Positions 9,859-21,133 are shown, counted from the first letter of the stretch. The stretch is 64,000 bases of DNA from Vulcanimicrobiota bacterium (GCA_963833095.1 CAWHWQ010000001.1:608001-672000), one strand, 5' to 3'. Notes: a model not told the origin generated them from the letters alone. Made by a program: numbers and translations.

Positions 9859-10334
9859 TGCTCTACTTTCTCCGTCACGGTCCCGCCGGAGACCGTGAAA
9901 CGTGGCAAGGATCCGACCACGATCGGCCGCTGACCCCGGACGGAAAGAAGCGCATCGCGCGGGAAGCCAAGGCAATAGCCGATCTGGATCTGCGGATACA
10001 ACTCGTTGTCACCAGCCCGCTCGTTCGTGCGCGGCAGACAGCGCAGATCGTCGTCGATGAACTCGATCTTCGCGAGGCGCTCGTCGAAGACGAGCGCCTT
10101 GGACTCGGATTTTCACCCGGACGGCTCGTCGACGTTCTGCGCGATCATCCGACCGTGACCGACCTCATGCTCGTTGGACACGAGCCATCGATGAGCCAGA
10201 CCATCGGAGCCTTGATCGGGGGCGCCGACATCGATTTCAAAAAAGGGAGCCTCGCCTGCGTCGACGTGGCGCGCGGCTCCGAACTGCGCGGCCGCCTCGT
10301 GTGGCTGGCGGCGCCGAAGCTCCTCACCCGCTAA
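9855..10334 (+). CDS. sixA: Phosphohistidine phosphatase SixA
   Basis: LRHG, DRPLT, TSPLVRARQTA, VGHEP; ATGA overlap with mrp. Confidence 0.9.
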   Translation: MMLYFLRHGPAGDRETWQGSDHDRPLTPDGKKRIAREAKAIADLDLRIQLVVTSPLVRARQTAQIVVDELDLREALVEDERLGLGFSPGRLVDVLRDHPTVTDLMLVGHEPSMSQTIGALIGGADIDFKKGSLACVDVARGSELRGRLVWLAAPKLLTR

Positions 10335-11110
10335 CGTAACTGGGTAAACGTTCCGTGGTCGCGCATCTCGCTCGCCACCTTTTGCGCGGCGTTGTAGGCG
10401 ACACGCGCGAGACCGCTTCCGATGCTGATCCGGCGCACACCGATGCGCGAGAGGTCGTCGAGCGTAAGCGCCATACCGGAGAGACCAACGAGCACGTTGA
10501 GCGGCCGATCCACCGCGCGCACGACCGCGCCGATTTCTTCCTCAGTACGAAGGCCCGGCGCATAGACCACGTCGGCACCGGCGGCCGCGAACGCACGTAG
10601 ACGGGCAATCGTGTCGGCCAGATCGGGGCGATCCGCAATGAAATTCTCGGCCCGTGCGGTTAGCGTGAAGGGAAACGGCAGCGCGTGCGCAGCTTGGGCC
10701 GCTGCGCGCACACGTTCGGCGGCAAACTCGATCTCGTACGGCTCGCCCGCGCGACCGAGTGGCAGATCCTCGATCGAGCAGCCCGCAAGTCCGGCAGCTG
10801 CGGCGAGTCGAATCGTCTCCGCAACCCCGGAAGGATCGTCCGCGTAGCCGTTCTCGAGATCAGCGCTAACCGGAAGATCGGTCGCGGCAGCGAGCTGCGC
10901 AGCGTGCGCAAGCATCATGTCTCGATCGACGGCGCCATCGGCCTTCCCAACCGAATACGCAAAGCCCCAACTCGTCGTCGCGAGCGCTTCGAAACCGAGC
11001 GATTCGAGCATTTTCGCTGAACCGATGTCCCACGGATTAGGGATGATAAAAGCGCGGGTGCGCTCGTGCAGCGCGCGAAAGCCGGCCGCCTTTTCGGACT
11101 GACTCTTCAT
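10331..11110 (-). CDS. Isocitrate lyase / PEP mutase family protein
   Basis: PNPWDIGSA, ADLENGY, SIED, ARAE, AGADVVYAPG. Confidence 0.9.
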   Translation of the reverse strand: MKSQSEKAAGFRALHERTRAFIIPNPWDIGSAKMLESLGFEALATTSWGFAYSVGKADGAVDRDMMLAHAAQLAAATDLPVSADLENGYADDPSGVAETIRLAAAAGLAGCSIEDLPLGRAGEPYEIEFAAERVRAAAQAAHALPFPFTLTARAENFIADRPDLADTIARLRAFAAAGADVVYAPGLRTEEEIGAVVRAVDRPLNVLVGLSGMALTLDDLSRIGVRRISIGSGLARVAYNAAQKVASEMRDHGTFTQLR

Positions 11111-11113
11111 CGG

Positions 11114-11431
11114 TCAGGGCGACGACGCGGTTACGACGACTGCGTTACGGGCCTGAATGATGCCGTTTGAAAAAATCTGATGAAAGACTCCGGCGACGGT
11201 CAGCGATTGGCCAACGTAGAAATTTGGCTTGGAAAACTCCACGACGTTGATGCATCGGCTATCGCAAAGCGCAAACTGCGTGATGACGCCCCCGGGGATA
11301 GCACGCATTGCAATGCCTTGCACGATGCCAAGCACCGTGACGTTCTTGCGTTCATAACTCGCAGGTGAGGCGAGGATTCCTGAGGGCGCGAGCACGTTCG
11401 CGGCGAGGAGTACGGCGAGTACCTGCTTCAT
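11114..11431 (-). CDS. Hypothetical protein, possibly OB-fold
   Basis: 105-aa ORF in operon position; beta-rich VTVLGIV...GQSLTVAG. Confidence 0.6.
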   Translation of the reverse strand: MKQVLAVLLAANVLAPSGILASPASYERKNVTVLGIVQGIAMRAIPGGVITQFALCDSRCINVVEFSKPNFYVGQSLTVAGVFHQIFSNGIIQARNAVVVTASSP

Positions 11432-11483
11432 ACCAATGGGGTATCCGCATTGGTGCTTGCAATCCTTGTCACAAGCTCCATCG

Positions 11484-12245
11484 CTAGTGCTGCCCCAACG
11501 ATCGGACGATCAAGCCCGCGGCCGAGGCGAGCATCAAGACGATGAACAAACTGCGCAGCACGCGTTCGGGTAAACGCTTGGCGAGATTGACGCCATAGGG
11601 AACCGAGAACGCTCCGCCAAGCGCGAGAGCGATGCCGGGAATCCAATCGACGTCGTGCACCCCGGCGTAGGTGATGATGCTCACCACGGTTCCCGGAGCA
11701 ACCAAGGCGAGTCCCATTCCCTGCGCTGCGACTTGTGAGAGACCGAAGAGCGCGGACATCGCCGGAACGGCAAAGACCGCCCCCCCGACGCTAAAAATCC
11801 CCGAAAGCGCTCCGCCGATTGCGCCGACGATTCCCGCGTAGGGCCACGGAACGATGCGCGGCGCATGCAGGCCCTTGGGACCAAACGTTCGCCAAGCCAT
11901 CTGGGTGGCAATCGCCACGATAAAAATCGCGAACGCAACGCGCAGAGGCCGACTTGGGAGTACCGTAGCGACATGCGCGCCGATGTAGGTAAACGGAACC
12001 GCCGTAGCCGCGAGCGTAATGGCCAGGCGTGCATCGAGGCCGATTTTGCGGACGTAGTTCCAGAGCCCGAGCAGCACATTGGGCACGATCATGACAAGCG
12101 CCGTGCCTTGAGCGACCTGCTCTGAGTAACCAAAGAAGACGCCGAGCACCGGAATGGCGATAAGTCCGCCTCCGATACCGAATAAACCACCTAGGTAACC
12201 AAAGACGAGGCCCAACACGAGATAGATAAGTACGCTCTGCAGCAT
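11484..12245 (-). CDS. Sulfite exporter TauE/SafE family protein
   Basis: GLFGIGGGLIAIP, AQGTAL, repeated second half; ATG 7 nt after TATAAT. Confidence 0.9.
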   Translation of the reverse strand: MLQSVLIYLVLGLVFGYLGGLFGIGGGLIAIPVLGVFFGYSEQVAQGTALVMIVPNVLLGLWNYVRKIGLDARLAITLAATAVPFTYIGAHVATVLPSRPLRVAFAIFIVAIATQMAWRTFGPKGLHAPRIVPWPYAGIVGAIGGALSGIFSVGGAVFAVPAMSALFGLSQVAAQGMGLALVAPGTVVSIITYAGVHDVDWIPGIALALGGAFSVPYGVNLAKRLPERVLRSLFIVLMLASAAGLIVRSLGQH

Positions 12246-12355
12246 GAGCGTCATTATAGAGCAATTTAGAAGCTCTTGATTGCGATTTGAGCGACATTTG
12301 GTCGCCGGCTGTCGGGAAAGTCGCACGTCACGTTACGGTGCAGGCGCACGCTGGA

Positions 12356-12832
12356 ATGGCTATGCAAAACCTACATTTCTTGCGACCTTTGGGATCAATT
12401 GCACTCTGCGGTGCGCTCGGCTTCGCGTTGCTCGGCGCGGCCGGCGGCGATGCCGCAAACCCGGCAGACTCGCAGTTCACCCAACAGGCCATGCACACGC
12501 TGCTCCAAAGCGTTTCCAATGCGGATGTCGCCGAGTCCGGCGGGGACGCGCACGTCAAATCGGTCGCCTCGACCATTCAATCCGACGAGGTCGCGATCGG
12601 TAACCAGCTCGGTTCACTCGCAAACTTCTACGGCATCAACGTTTCGACCGACGCCCCCAAAGCGTCGACTGATGCCGCGGGTTATGTGGCAAGCCAAACC
12701 AAAGAGCTCCAGTCGCTGATCGTGCTCTTCCAAGGCGAAGAGCAGAACGGCGGCGGCGCGCAATTGCGAGCGTTCGCCAGCCAAGCGATACCCGTGCTTC
12801 AAAAAGATCTGCACGCGCTCCAAGAGAGCTAG
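12356..12832 (+). CDS. DUF4142-like secreted helical protein
   Basis: Signal peptide; DSQFTQQA...LRAFASQAIPVLQKDL pattern. Confidence 0.65.
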   Translation: MAMQNLHFLRPLGSIALCGALGFALLGAAGGDAANPADSQFTQQAMHTLLQSVSNADVAESGGDAHVKSVASTIQSDEVAIGNQLGSLANFYGINVSTDAPKASTDAAGYVASQTKELQSLIVLFQGEEQNGGGAQLRAFASQAIPVLQKDLHALQES

Positions 12833-12895
12833 TAACGGTCACAGAGCCCCACGCTCAGACGTCGAAACCCTCGGTATAAGGGGGGTTTCGACGGC

Positions 12896-13936
12896 ATGCG
12901 GCGCTTGGCGCTCTTGGGGCTTTCTTTGCTTATCTGCGGATTCACCGCCGGAGCGCCGATGGCAAGCTTCGACGGCGCCACTCGCTGGGTGAACAGTCCA
13001 ACCCTCACTCCTGCGGATCTGCATGGGAAAGTCGTCCTCGTCGACTTTTGGGAATACACGTGCTTGAACTGCTTGCGCACGTTGCCGTACCTGCGCGAAT
13101 GGTATAAGCGCTACCGCGACGACGGGTTCACGATCGTCGGCGTGCACACACCCGAGTTTTCGTTCTCCGGGGAGCCGGCCGAGGTTGAAAGCGCGAGCAA
13201 ACGTCTCGACGTGACGTGGCCCGTCGCGGTTGACGACAGCCGCGCGATCTGGAATCACTTCGGGATAAACGTCTGGCCGACGGAACTCTTGTACGATCAA
13301 AGCGGCCATCTCGTCGAGACGCAGATCGGTGAAGGCAACTATCCTCAGACTGAAGCCAAGATTCAAGAGCTCTTGCGCGTTGCGAATCCTGCGCTAAAAC
13401 TTCCGGCTGTGATGGCGCTGCTTCCCCAGGATAGTTACAACAAACCCGGAGCCGTGTGTTATCCGCGAACCGCCGAGGTTCTCGTCGGTCATACCCCAAT
13501 CGCCAACGCGCCGCGGTTCGGTGACCCCTCGAGCGATCTTCCGTACCACGATGTGAGCGCGCATCGTGACGGCGCAATCTATCTCGATGGATTCTGGCAT
13601 GCAACGCGCGAAGCCGTGGCCTTCGGCGGCGGCGGTGGATACTTCGATATGGCTTACCATGCAATCGAAGTGACCGCCGTAATGACGGCGGACCGCGGCG
13701 TGACGCGCGTCGACGTCACGCAGGACGGTAAGCCGCTGGCACGCGAGGACGCCGGCTCCGACGTCCGCTACGATTCCGATGGAACGTCGTACGTAACCGT
13801 CGATGCATCACGGTCGTACCAGCTCGTCGAGAACAAGAACTACGGCGCGCACGATCTCCGTCTGACACCCAAAGGCTACGGTCTGGCGGTTTACGACGTC
13901 GATTTCGAGTCGTGCGAGGTCCCGGGGACGCGCTAG
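12896..13936 (+). CDS. Redoxin / DipZ C-terminal-like thiol-disulfide protein
   Basis: GKVVLVDFWEYTCLNC, GVHTPEF, WP, GEGNY. Confidence 0.88.
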   Translation: MRRLALLGLSLLICGFTAGAPMASFDGATRWVNSPTLTPADLHGKVVLVDFWEYTCLNCLRTLPYLREWYKRYRDDGFTIVGVHTPEFSFSGEPAEVESASKRLDVTWPVAVDDSRAIWNHFGINVWPTELLYDQSGHLVETQIGEGNYPQTEAKIQELLRVANPALKLPAVMALLPQDSYNKPGAVCYPRTAEVLVGHTPIANAPRFGDPSSDLPYHDVSAHRDGAIYLDGFWHATREAVAFGGGGGYFDMAYHAIEVTAVMTADRGVTRVDVTQDGKPLAREDAGSDVRYDSDGTSYVTVDASRSYQLVENKNYGAHDLRLTPKGYGLAVYDVDFESCEVPGTR

Positions 13937-13952
13937 ATCGAACTCCCGCCCG

Positions 13953-15134
13953 GTGCGCAAATTGCTGCTGGGACTTCTCGCCGGTGCCGGCGCCGGCTAC
14001 GTCGCGGCCCGCGCGGTGCAAGCGCTTGCGCTGGCGCGTTCGCGGGTAGACCCGATCTCAAGCGATCCCGCGGCCTATGGGCGCACGCGACGGGCGCTCG
14101 CGCTTGCAGGGACCCTTCGCTCGACGCTTTCCGCGCTCGCGTTTGCGTACGGGCCGCTCGCGCCACGCGCATTGCGAGCCCTGGAAGCGTTGCCGCGTTG
14201 GCTGCGCCCCGGCGCATTTTTCGGCGCCCTAACGTTGGTGTCGAGCGTCATCGATTTGCCGGTCACGTTTGTCGAGGATTACGCGATCGAGCGACAATAC
14301 GGCCTAAGCGATCAGCCGGCGAAAGCGTTCTTGGTCGACTGGGCTAAAGGCACCGCAATATCGGCAGTGTTGGTAACGGCGCTTGCGCTCTTAGGTGGCG
14401 TCATGGTGCGGCGTTTCCGCGCAACCTGGCCGATCGTCGCGGCGCTGGGAATGCTGCCACTCTTTATTCTCGCGAATCTCGTGGTCCCAATCTACATTCT
14501 GCCGCTTTTCAATCGTTTCGAGCCGCTGCGCGGATCGCTCGAAGTTCGTTTGCGGGCGCTCGCCACGCGCTTCGGCGTCGGCGGCGCGGAAATCTTGCGC
14601 ATGGATATGAGCAAGCAAACAAAAAAGGCCAACGCTTTCGTTGCGGGCATCGGCTCGACCCACCGGATCGTGCTCGGCGATACGCTTATCGATGCGTTCG
14701 AACCCGATGAAATCGAGTTCGTGGTCGCGCACGAGCTCGGACATTACGTCACGCGCGACACCTGGCGTATGATCGCGCTCGCGGAGACCGTCACCGCAGG
14801 CCTGCTGGGAATCGTCGCGCTCGGGCTACGCGACGATGAGTCGCAAGACAGCCTCTTCTTACTGCGTATTGCTGCGTGGCTGGGCGTCGGCATGCTCACC
14901 GTCCGGCCGGCGATCAACTCCTTTTCACGTTCGCGCGAATGGGCCGCCGATCGCTTCGCGCTTGCCACCACCGGCGATGCTCGCAGCGGCGCGGCGGCAT
15001 TCCGCCGTCTGCGCGATCAAAACTTGGCCGAAGAGGAACCGCCCGCGTGGTACGAGTTCCTCTTCGCGTCACATCCAAGTTTGGGCAAGCGCATCGAAGC
15101 GCTTGAGCTTAATTCGCGTGAACCGGTTTCTTGA
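13953..15134 (+). CDS. M48 family (Ste24-like) membrane metallopeptidase
   Basis: [27 protein letters not shown]. Confidence 0.92.
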   Translation: MRKLLLGLLAGAGAGYVAARAVQALALARSRVDPISSDPAAYGRTRRALALAGTLRSTLSALAFAYGPLAPRALRALEALPRWLRPGAFFGALTLVSSVIDLPVTFVEDYAIERQYGLSDQPAKAFLVDWAKGTAISAVLVTALALLGGVMVRRFRATWPIVAALGMLPLFILANLVVPIYILPLFNRFEPLRGSLEVRLRALATRFGVGGAEILRMDMSKQTKKANAFVAGIGSTHRIVLGDTLIDAFEPDEIEFVVAHELGHYVTRDTWRMIALAETVTAGLLGIVALGLRDDESQDSLFLLRIAAWLGVGMLTVRPAINSFSRSREWAADRFALATTGDARSGAAAFRRLRDQNLAEEEPPAWYEFLFASHPSLGKRIEALELNSREPVS

Positions 15135-15966
15135 CCGACGTGGTAACGAATTCGAGCAAGTCGGTGTTGAGGCGATCCTTCATGGTTGAAGGCAGGCCGT
15201 GCGGTGCTCCTTCGTAGACCTTGAGAATCGAACCGCGCACCAGTTTCGCGCTGGCAAGTCCGGCAGCTTTGATCGGCACGATTTGGTCATCGTCACCATG
15301 CACGACCAGCGTGGGAACCTCGAGCTGGCTCATCTTCTTGAGGTCTTCGGTGAAATCGGTCTCCGAAAACGCCTTGATGCAGTCGTAGGACGCGGGCATG
15401 CCGGCGATCATCCCGGCAAGCCAAAACGAATCACGCAATCCCTGGGATACTTTCGAGCCCGCGCGGTTCGCTCCGTAGAACGGCGCCGACAAATCCCGAA
15501 AGAACTGCGAACGGTCGGCATGAACGCCGGCGCGAATCTGATCGAACGCCTCGAGCGGCGTTCCGTCGGGATTGTTCGGCGTTTTAAGCATGAGCGGCGG
15601 CACCGCGCTGATGAGGGCCGCACCGGACACGCGCGCGTTGCCGTGGCGGAGAATGTATCGTGTGACCTCGCCGCCGCCGGTCGAGTGCCCGACGTGAATG
15701 GCGTTGGTCAGATCCAGCTTTTCGGTGAGTTGCGCTAAGTCGTCGGCGTACGTGTCCATGTCGTTGCCGTCAAATGGTTGGCTCGAACGGCCGTGGCCGC
15801 GGCGGTCGTGCGCGATGCATCGATAGCCCTTGGATGACAGAAAGAACATTTGATCTTCCCACGCATCCGCGTTGAGCGGCCAACCATGGCTAAAAACGAT
15901 CGGCTGACCTTTTCCCCAATCCTTGTAATAGAGTTCAGTCCCATCGCGTAAGGTGATCGTTGGCAT
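15109..15966 (-). CDS. Alpha/beta hydrolase, non-heme chloroperoxidase type
   Basis: [38 protein letters not shown]. Confidence 0.93.
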   Translation of the reverse strand: MPTITLRDGTELYYKDWGKGQPIVFSHGWPLNADAWEDQMFFLSSKGYRCIAHDRRGHGRSSQPFDGNDMDTYADDLAQLTEKLDLTNAIHVGHSTGGGEVTRYILRHGNARVSGAALISAVPPLMLKTPNNPDGTPLEAFDQIRAGVHADRSQFFRDLSAPFYGANRAGSKVSQGLRDSFWLAGMIAGMPASYDCIKAFSETDFTEDLKKMSQLEVPTLVVHGDDDQIVPIKAAGLASAKLVRGSILKVYEGAPHGLPSTMKDRLNTDLLEFVTTSVKKPVHAN

Positions 15967-15969
15967 GAT

Positions 15970-17340
15970 CTATTCTCCGTTTTCAAGCGGGGGAGACCAG
16001 CGTACCGCGCCGACGAAGTAGACGCAAGCACCCACCATAAGACTGACGACACCAAAGATAATGGGCCACGTTCCCGCGGAACAAAAAATATAGATCCACC
16101 CTGTGAGCGCAATCAGCGCGGGCACAGGAAACATCCACATGCGGTATGGGGCGCGCACGCCGCGCGCCCGCATGACAAAGAGCGCGATGATCTGCGCGAC
16201 CGATTGCACCAACACGATCCCAGTGGTAAGTGCGTTGATCACCTGATCGAGCGTAAAAAAGCAAGCGACCAATGCGATCCCAGCGATCACGACCAGCGAG
16301 ACGTCGGGGAATCGATGGCGCCCGTGCACGTGAGCGAAAGGCCGCAGAAAGATTCCATTCTGCGCCGCCGCGTAGGGTATCCGCGAGGCCCCCAATAGGT
16401 TGCCGTAGACCGACGCGAACGCCGTGATTAAGATCAGCAGCGTGATACCGATTGCGGCTGGTACACCGAGTACCCGTTCAACGATTGCTGAAGCGAGGTG
16501 CTGCCCGAGCGGCGGGAGCGATCCGTCGGCAAGCGGCACGACCTGCTGCCACGGTATCGCGCCGAGGACGCCGGTCTGCATGGCAACGTAGAGCACCGCC
16601 ACGAGCGTAACCGCGATACCGATCGCGCGCGGCAACGTGCGCGCCGGCGCCACGACTTCATCGGCGATCGTGTTGGCGGCGTTGTATCCGAGATAGTCGT
16701 ACATTGCGATAATCAGCGCCGAACCGAGCCCGGCACGTAGGCCCGCCCAGAATGAATCGTGCGGAGCCACCGTAAATGCGAGGTGCGCAGACCAATGCAT
16801 GAACGCGGCGCCCGCAACGCTCAGCAAGGTCAACACCGCGACTGCACCAAGCAGCACGCTCACCCGTTCGATCGTCTTAATGCCGCGATACAGGGCGAGC
16901 AGCGTCACGACGCCAACGCCGACGGCCAACAGTTTGAGCGCGAGCGGCGAGCCGGCCAGCGCGGGAAACAGGTAGCCCGCATAATTCGCAAAGCCGATGT
17001 ATCCACTGGCAAGTAAGAGCGGTGCAGAAAAAATAGTTTGCCAGACGAAAAGAAATGCGGGCAGCGGCCCGATGCCCACGCGCCCGAAGATCGCGAGCAG
17101 ATAGCCGTACGTTCCGCCCGAACGCGGATAGGCCGAGCCAAGCTCAGCCCAAACCAAGCCGTCGCAGAGCGCCAGAACGGCGCCGAGTAGCCAGCCGATG
17201 AGCGAGAGCGGCCCGTGCAACGCGCCGAGTACCAGCGGAATCGTGATCAGCGGGCCGATGCCGATCATCGTAATGACGTTCACGGCGACCGCGCCGAGCA
17301 GTCCGACGCCGCGAACCAGCGCGGGGCGACCCGCACTCAT
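15970..17340 (-). CDS. APC family amino acid permease
   Basis: MIGIGP, AELGSAYPRSGG, about 12 TM segments. Confidence 0.92.
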   Translation of the reverse strand: MSAGRPALVRGVGLLGAVAVNVITMIGIGPLITIPLVLGALHGPLSLIGWLLGAVLALCDGLVWAELGSAYPRSGGTYGYLLAIFGRVGIGPLPAFLFVWQTIFSAPLLLASGYIGFANYAGYLFPALAGSPLALKLLAVGVGVVTLLALYRGIKTIERVSVLLGAVAVLTLLSVAGAAFMHWSAHLAFTVAPHDSFWAGLRAGLGSALIIAMYDYLGYNAANTIADEVVAPARTLPRAIGIAVTLVAVLYVAMQTGVLGAIPWQQVVPLADGSLPPLGQHLASAIVERVLGVPAAIGITLLILITAFASVYGNLLGASRIPYAAAQNGIFLRPFAHVHGRHRFPDVSLVVIAGIALVACFFTLDQVINALTTGIVLVQSVAQIIALFVMRARGVRAPYRMWMFPVPALIALTGWIYIFCSAGTWPIIFGVVSLMVGACVYFVGAVRWSPPLENGE

Positions 17341-18377
17341 TCGCTAACGATCGCCTTGGTAAGACCGCGTGGGGCATCGCTGTTGATACCGCGAGCTCGC
17401 GCAGCGTAGAGCGCAAGGAGTTGCGCGGTCACGAGCCACGCCAGCGTATTATAAGGGTCGTCAACTTGCGGCCCGAGTTGCGGTATGCCGTCAACGGTCG
17501 TCGTTCCGATGACGTAACGCAGCGCACCGCTCTTCTTTGCCTCGTGCAACGGACGGCCGACGATCTGGAGTGCGTCCCGATCCATGATGCCAAGAACGAC
17601 GCTCGAAGCATCGATCATCGCGGCGCTGCCGTGCCGGAATTCACCAGCTTCAAAACCCTCCGCGTGAAGATAGGTCGCTTCCTTGAATTTCAGCGCCGCT
17701 TCCCGGGCGATGGGCGCGCCGTAGTCGGTGCCCAGGACGATGATGTCGTGACGGCCGGCGATGGCAACGCCGGCACGAACGACCGCTTCGACCTCCGCGC
17801 CGTTCAGCCAGATATCGATTCGCTGCGCGGTTTGCACGAGGATATCCGCATCGCGCGTGTGCTCATGCGAAATCAGCGAGGCGGCCGAAAGCAGGATCGC
17901 GATCGTGCACGAGACGCTCTTGGTGGCCGGGATTGCAAGCTCAGGGCCGGCCCCGATGTCGATCGTCAGGTTCGCGCGCGCACCGAGCGGTGAATCGGCG
18001 GTATTCGTGAGCGCAATCGTGCGACGCGGTTGCAAAGCGTCAAGCGCCAGCAGCACGTCGCTCGAGCGGCCGCTCTGCGAAATCGCGACGACAACGCGGC
18101 CTTGATAGGCTTTTGCGTCGCCTTGCGCTTCGGTCGCCGCCACGGCGTGCGCGGTGATCCCGCGACGACGCAACGCAATTGCGCCGAGCTGCGCAGCAAA
18201 GAGTGAACTCCCGCTTCCGACCAGCAGCACTTCTCCTTCGAGAGCTTCCGCGAGACGCGCGGAGGCGTCGGAGCGCGCAACGCGCTCCCACGCCTTCGGC
18301 TGCTCGCGAATCTCGCGCTCGAAATTGAAGCCGGGGTCCACGGAGGGCTCGTTGCGACGAGCGGGCGAGCCACTCAT
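17337..18377 (-). CDS. Double-SIS domain sugar-phosphate isomerase/deaminase (GlmS C-terminal-like)
   Basis: REIREQP, GSGSS, ISQSG, EAALKFKE, EFRHG, PRGLTK; ATGA overlap with the permease. Confidence 0.9.
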   Translation of the reverse strand: MSGSPARRNEPSVDPGFNFEREIREQPKAWERVARSDASARLAEALEGEVLLVGSGSSLFAAQLGAIALRRRGITAHAVAATEAQGDAKAYQGRVVVAISQSGRSSDVLLALDALQPRRTIALTNTADSPLGARANLTIDIGAGPELAIPATKSVSCTIAILLSAASLISHEHTRDADILVQTAQRIDIWLNGAEVEAVVRAGVAIAGRHDIIVLGTDYGAPIAREAALKFKEATYLHAEGFEAGEFRHGSAAMIDASSVVLGIMDRDALQIVGRPLHEAKKSGALRYVIGTTTVDGIPQLGPQVDDPYNTLAWLVTAQLLALYAARARGINSDAPRGLTKAIVSE

Positions 18378-18483
18378 GCTCTTGGCCGGAAATGTCCGTT
18401 ATTCGTCCGCGCCCTGCCTTCTTAAGGGGCACTTTATCCCGTAAGATTGAAGATAAATTTCCCTTCGTCCGAGGTAACATTTC

Positions 18484-19071
18484 ATGGCCGGTTCCGACCA
18501 CACGCGAAACGCTTTGCTGGTTATCGACATCCAAGATTCGTTCAAATCGATGCCGCGCTGGCAACATCGCAACAACCCCGCCTTTGAAGCGAACGTCCTG
18601 CGGCTCATTGACGCGTTCCACAACGCCGGCGAACCGGTCATCTATTTTCTGCACAGCGACGAGGACGAACACTTCAAGGTCGACCGCGCCGATTATCGGT
18701 TGATGGATTTTCTTGCGCCGCGCGCAGATGAGCCAATCCTTCACAAAACGTCGCGCAACTGTTTCACCAGCACCAACCTGCTGCAGCATCTTCTTCGACT
18801 TCACGTCGCTCGTTTGACCATTGCCGGGATTCAGACCGAGCAGTGCTGTGAGACGACCGCGCGGATCGCCGCCGACATGGGCTTCGAGATTGATTTTGTG
18901 ACGGAGGCCACGCTCACGTTTCCGATTCCCAAGACTTTAGAACCGGGCAGCGAGACGCTATCGGCAGATGACGTCGTGGATCGAACCGAGTACGCGTTGC
19001 GGCGCCGCTTCGCGCGCATCTGTACGGTCGATGATGTCGCTGCGGATCTGCCCGTTCGCGCGAACGCATGA
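18484..19071 (+). CDS. Isochorismatase / cysteine hydrolase family protein
   Basis: LLVIDIQ, K..RNCF, GIQTEQCCETTAR. Confidence 0.9.
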   Translation: MAGSDHTRNALLVIDIQDSFKSMPRWQHRNNPAFEANVLRLIDAFHNAGEPVIYFLHSDEDEHFKVDRADYRLMDFLAPRADEPILHKTSRNCFTSTNLLQHLLRLHVARLTIAGIQTEQCCETTARIAADMGFEIDFVTEATLTFPIPKTLEPGSETLSADDVVDRTEYALRRRFARICTVDDVAADLPVRANA

Positions 19072-20013
19072 AGCGCGTCATATTCGTCGTCCCCGCCGGG
19101 GTCGAGCTTTTCGATCTCGCCGGTCCGGTACAAGTCTTTCACGAAGCCGCCGCCGCCGGGGCTGCGTATCGTCTGGTTTACGCGGCTGAATCGGAGCGCA
19201 TTTCGACCGAGCAGAAGCTCGGACTGTCTGGGCTCGCGCCGCTTCCACACGATGTGGGGAACAATGACCTGATCATCGTGTCGGGCCAGCTCCGCGCTGC
19301 GTCGCAGCATCTTAGCCCGCGACGGGTCGATGCGATCGCTCACGCATTGGCTGCGCGCAAGCTATGAAGCAGGCGCGACCGTAGCTTCGGTGTGCGTGGG
19401 CTCCTTCGCGCTCGCCGCTGCCGGATTGCTCGACGGGCGCAGTGCGACCACACACTGGAAGCGAGTCGACGAGTTGCAGCGCGCCTTTCCTCGCATCCTC
19501 GTCCAGCCAAATCGCCTCTTTGTTTTCGACGGGCGAATAGCGACGAGCGCAGGCGTCGCCTCGGGGGTCGATCTTGCGCTTGCGCTCGTAGAGCGCGGAG
19601 CCGGTTCCCGTATCGCGGCGAGCGTCGCGCGAGAGATGGTCGTGACCGCCCGCCGGCCCGGAGCCCACGAACAGCTCAGTCCGTTCTTTGCACTGCGCGA
19701 CCACACGTTCGCAGAAGTACACCTCGCGCAGGATTGGCTCGTTGAACACGCGGGCGAACCTTTTACGCTGGCTTCGTTGGCAGAGATTGCGGGCGTCAGC
19801 CAACGAACGTTGACGCGACAATTTCGCGCTGCGACAGGCAACAGCGTCAAGTCGTATGCCACCGCGCTTCGACTCGAACATGCACGGTCGCTACTGCACG
19901 ATCGCACGCTAACGGTTCAATCGGTCGCCGAGCGTTGTGGTTTCGCTGACGCCCGGCAACTCCGACGCCTGTGGCGCACGCATTTCGCGAACTCACCTTC
20001 AGCGGAGCGCTGA
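19068..20013 (+). CDS. GlxA-family (DJ-1/PfpI plus AraC) regulator, split by one frameshift near 19290-19330
   Basis: ORF 19068-19367 is the N-terminal DJ-1 part; ORF 19330-20013 has SVCVGSF, ATTHW, TSAGV and the AraC HTH. Total span is 3n+1. Confidence 0.85.
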
Positions 20014-20064
20014 CATGCGCTCGCTTGTCGTTTAGACTGTGACGGCGCCGGGAACGAAGACGCC

Positions 20065-21087
20065 ATGCTTGCTACGAGTGCAATGCTTGCGACGCCCGCA
20101 ATTTTTCATCTCGAACGCCTGTGCGCAGAACATGGGATCGTGCAATTCGCCTGCGGCGACGTTCCCGACGTCGATTCGGGCTTTTGCCTCGACGACAACG
20201 CACGTCTACTCGTACTTGCGCTCACGATCCGCCGCGAAGATCCGACCAGCAGGTTTGCAATCCGGGCCGGTAATACCGTCTTCAACTTCATCGCCGACGC
20301 GTCACGCGAGGCGCCCGTCTATCACAATATGATGGATCGTTACGGTGCCTTCACCGATCGCTTTGCATCGCCCGAGTCGATCGGTCGACTAATTCAAGCC
20401 CTTGGCCTCGTTCTACGCGACAGCGATGACTCGCGGTGGTGCGCGCTGGCAACGCTCGAGATGCGCCGCGCGATGGTCGCCTTGCCCGCACTTTCGTCGG
20501 AGCATGCGCGCGCATTTGCCGCGCTCGGCTTCGCGGCAGCGGTCGAAGGCGGCTTTCCGATGTACCGCGCACCGCTGCGCGCGGTCGCAGAGGGGATGCT
20601 CTTCGAACTCGAACGCAATGCACGCGGGAATTGGATTTGGCCGCTGGGGGAAATGAGCTACGACAACGGCCGTCTTCCCGAAGCATTGCTGCGCGCAGGA
20701 ACGGTCCTCAAGGATCAGACGCTTTTCGACGCCGGTCGCCATGCGCTAGAGTTCCTCGCGTCGGTCGTGCAGTCGAGCGATTTCTTCGAACCGATCGGCG
20801 CGCCGGGCTGGTATCCGCGCAGCGGCGAGCGGCCGCACTACGCTGAGCAGCCCCTCGAGGCGCTCGCAATGATGGACGCGTGGCTCGCCTTCGGCGACGT
20901 CGAGCGCGCGCGCGTGGCGTACGAATGGTATCTCGGGCGAAATCGCAACGGAATGATGGTCGCCGACGTCGCCACGGGCGGATGCCACGACGGAATCGAT
21001 GGGCCGCACCGCCTCAACGAATGCATGGGTGCGGAGAGCACGCTCGCGTATCAGCAAGCCGCCTGGACGATGCGCAAACTCTCGTAA
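20065..21087 (+). CDS. Hypothetical glycosidase-like protein, resembling the C-terminal module of GT4 fusion proteins
   Basis: CLDDNAR, YDNGRLPEALL, EQPLEA, GGCHDG, GAESTLA motifs. Confidence 0.7.
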   Translation: MLATSAMLATPAIFHLERLCAEHGIVQFACGDVPDVDSGFCLDDNARLLVLALTIRREDPTSRFAIRAGNTVFNFIADASREAPVYHNMMDRYGAFTDRFASPESIGRLIQALGLVLRDSDDSRWCALATLEMRRAMVALPALSSEHARAFAALGFAAAVEGGFPMYRAPLRAVAEGMLFELERNARGNWIWPLGEMSYDNGRLPEALLRAGTVLKDQTLFDAGRHALEFLASVVQSSDFFEPIGAPGWYPRSGERPHYAEQPLEALAMMDAWLAFGDVERARVAYEWYLGRNRNGMMVADVATGGCHDGIDGPHRLNECMGAESTLAYQQAAWTMRKLS

Positions 21088-21133
21088 GGCCCGCTAACTC
21101 GTCAAAGCGGACGGGGGGTCGCCTGCGACGAAT

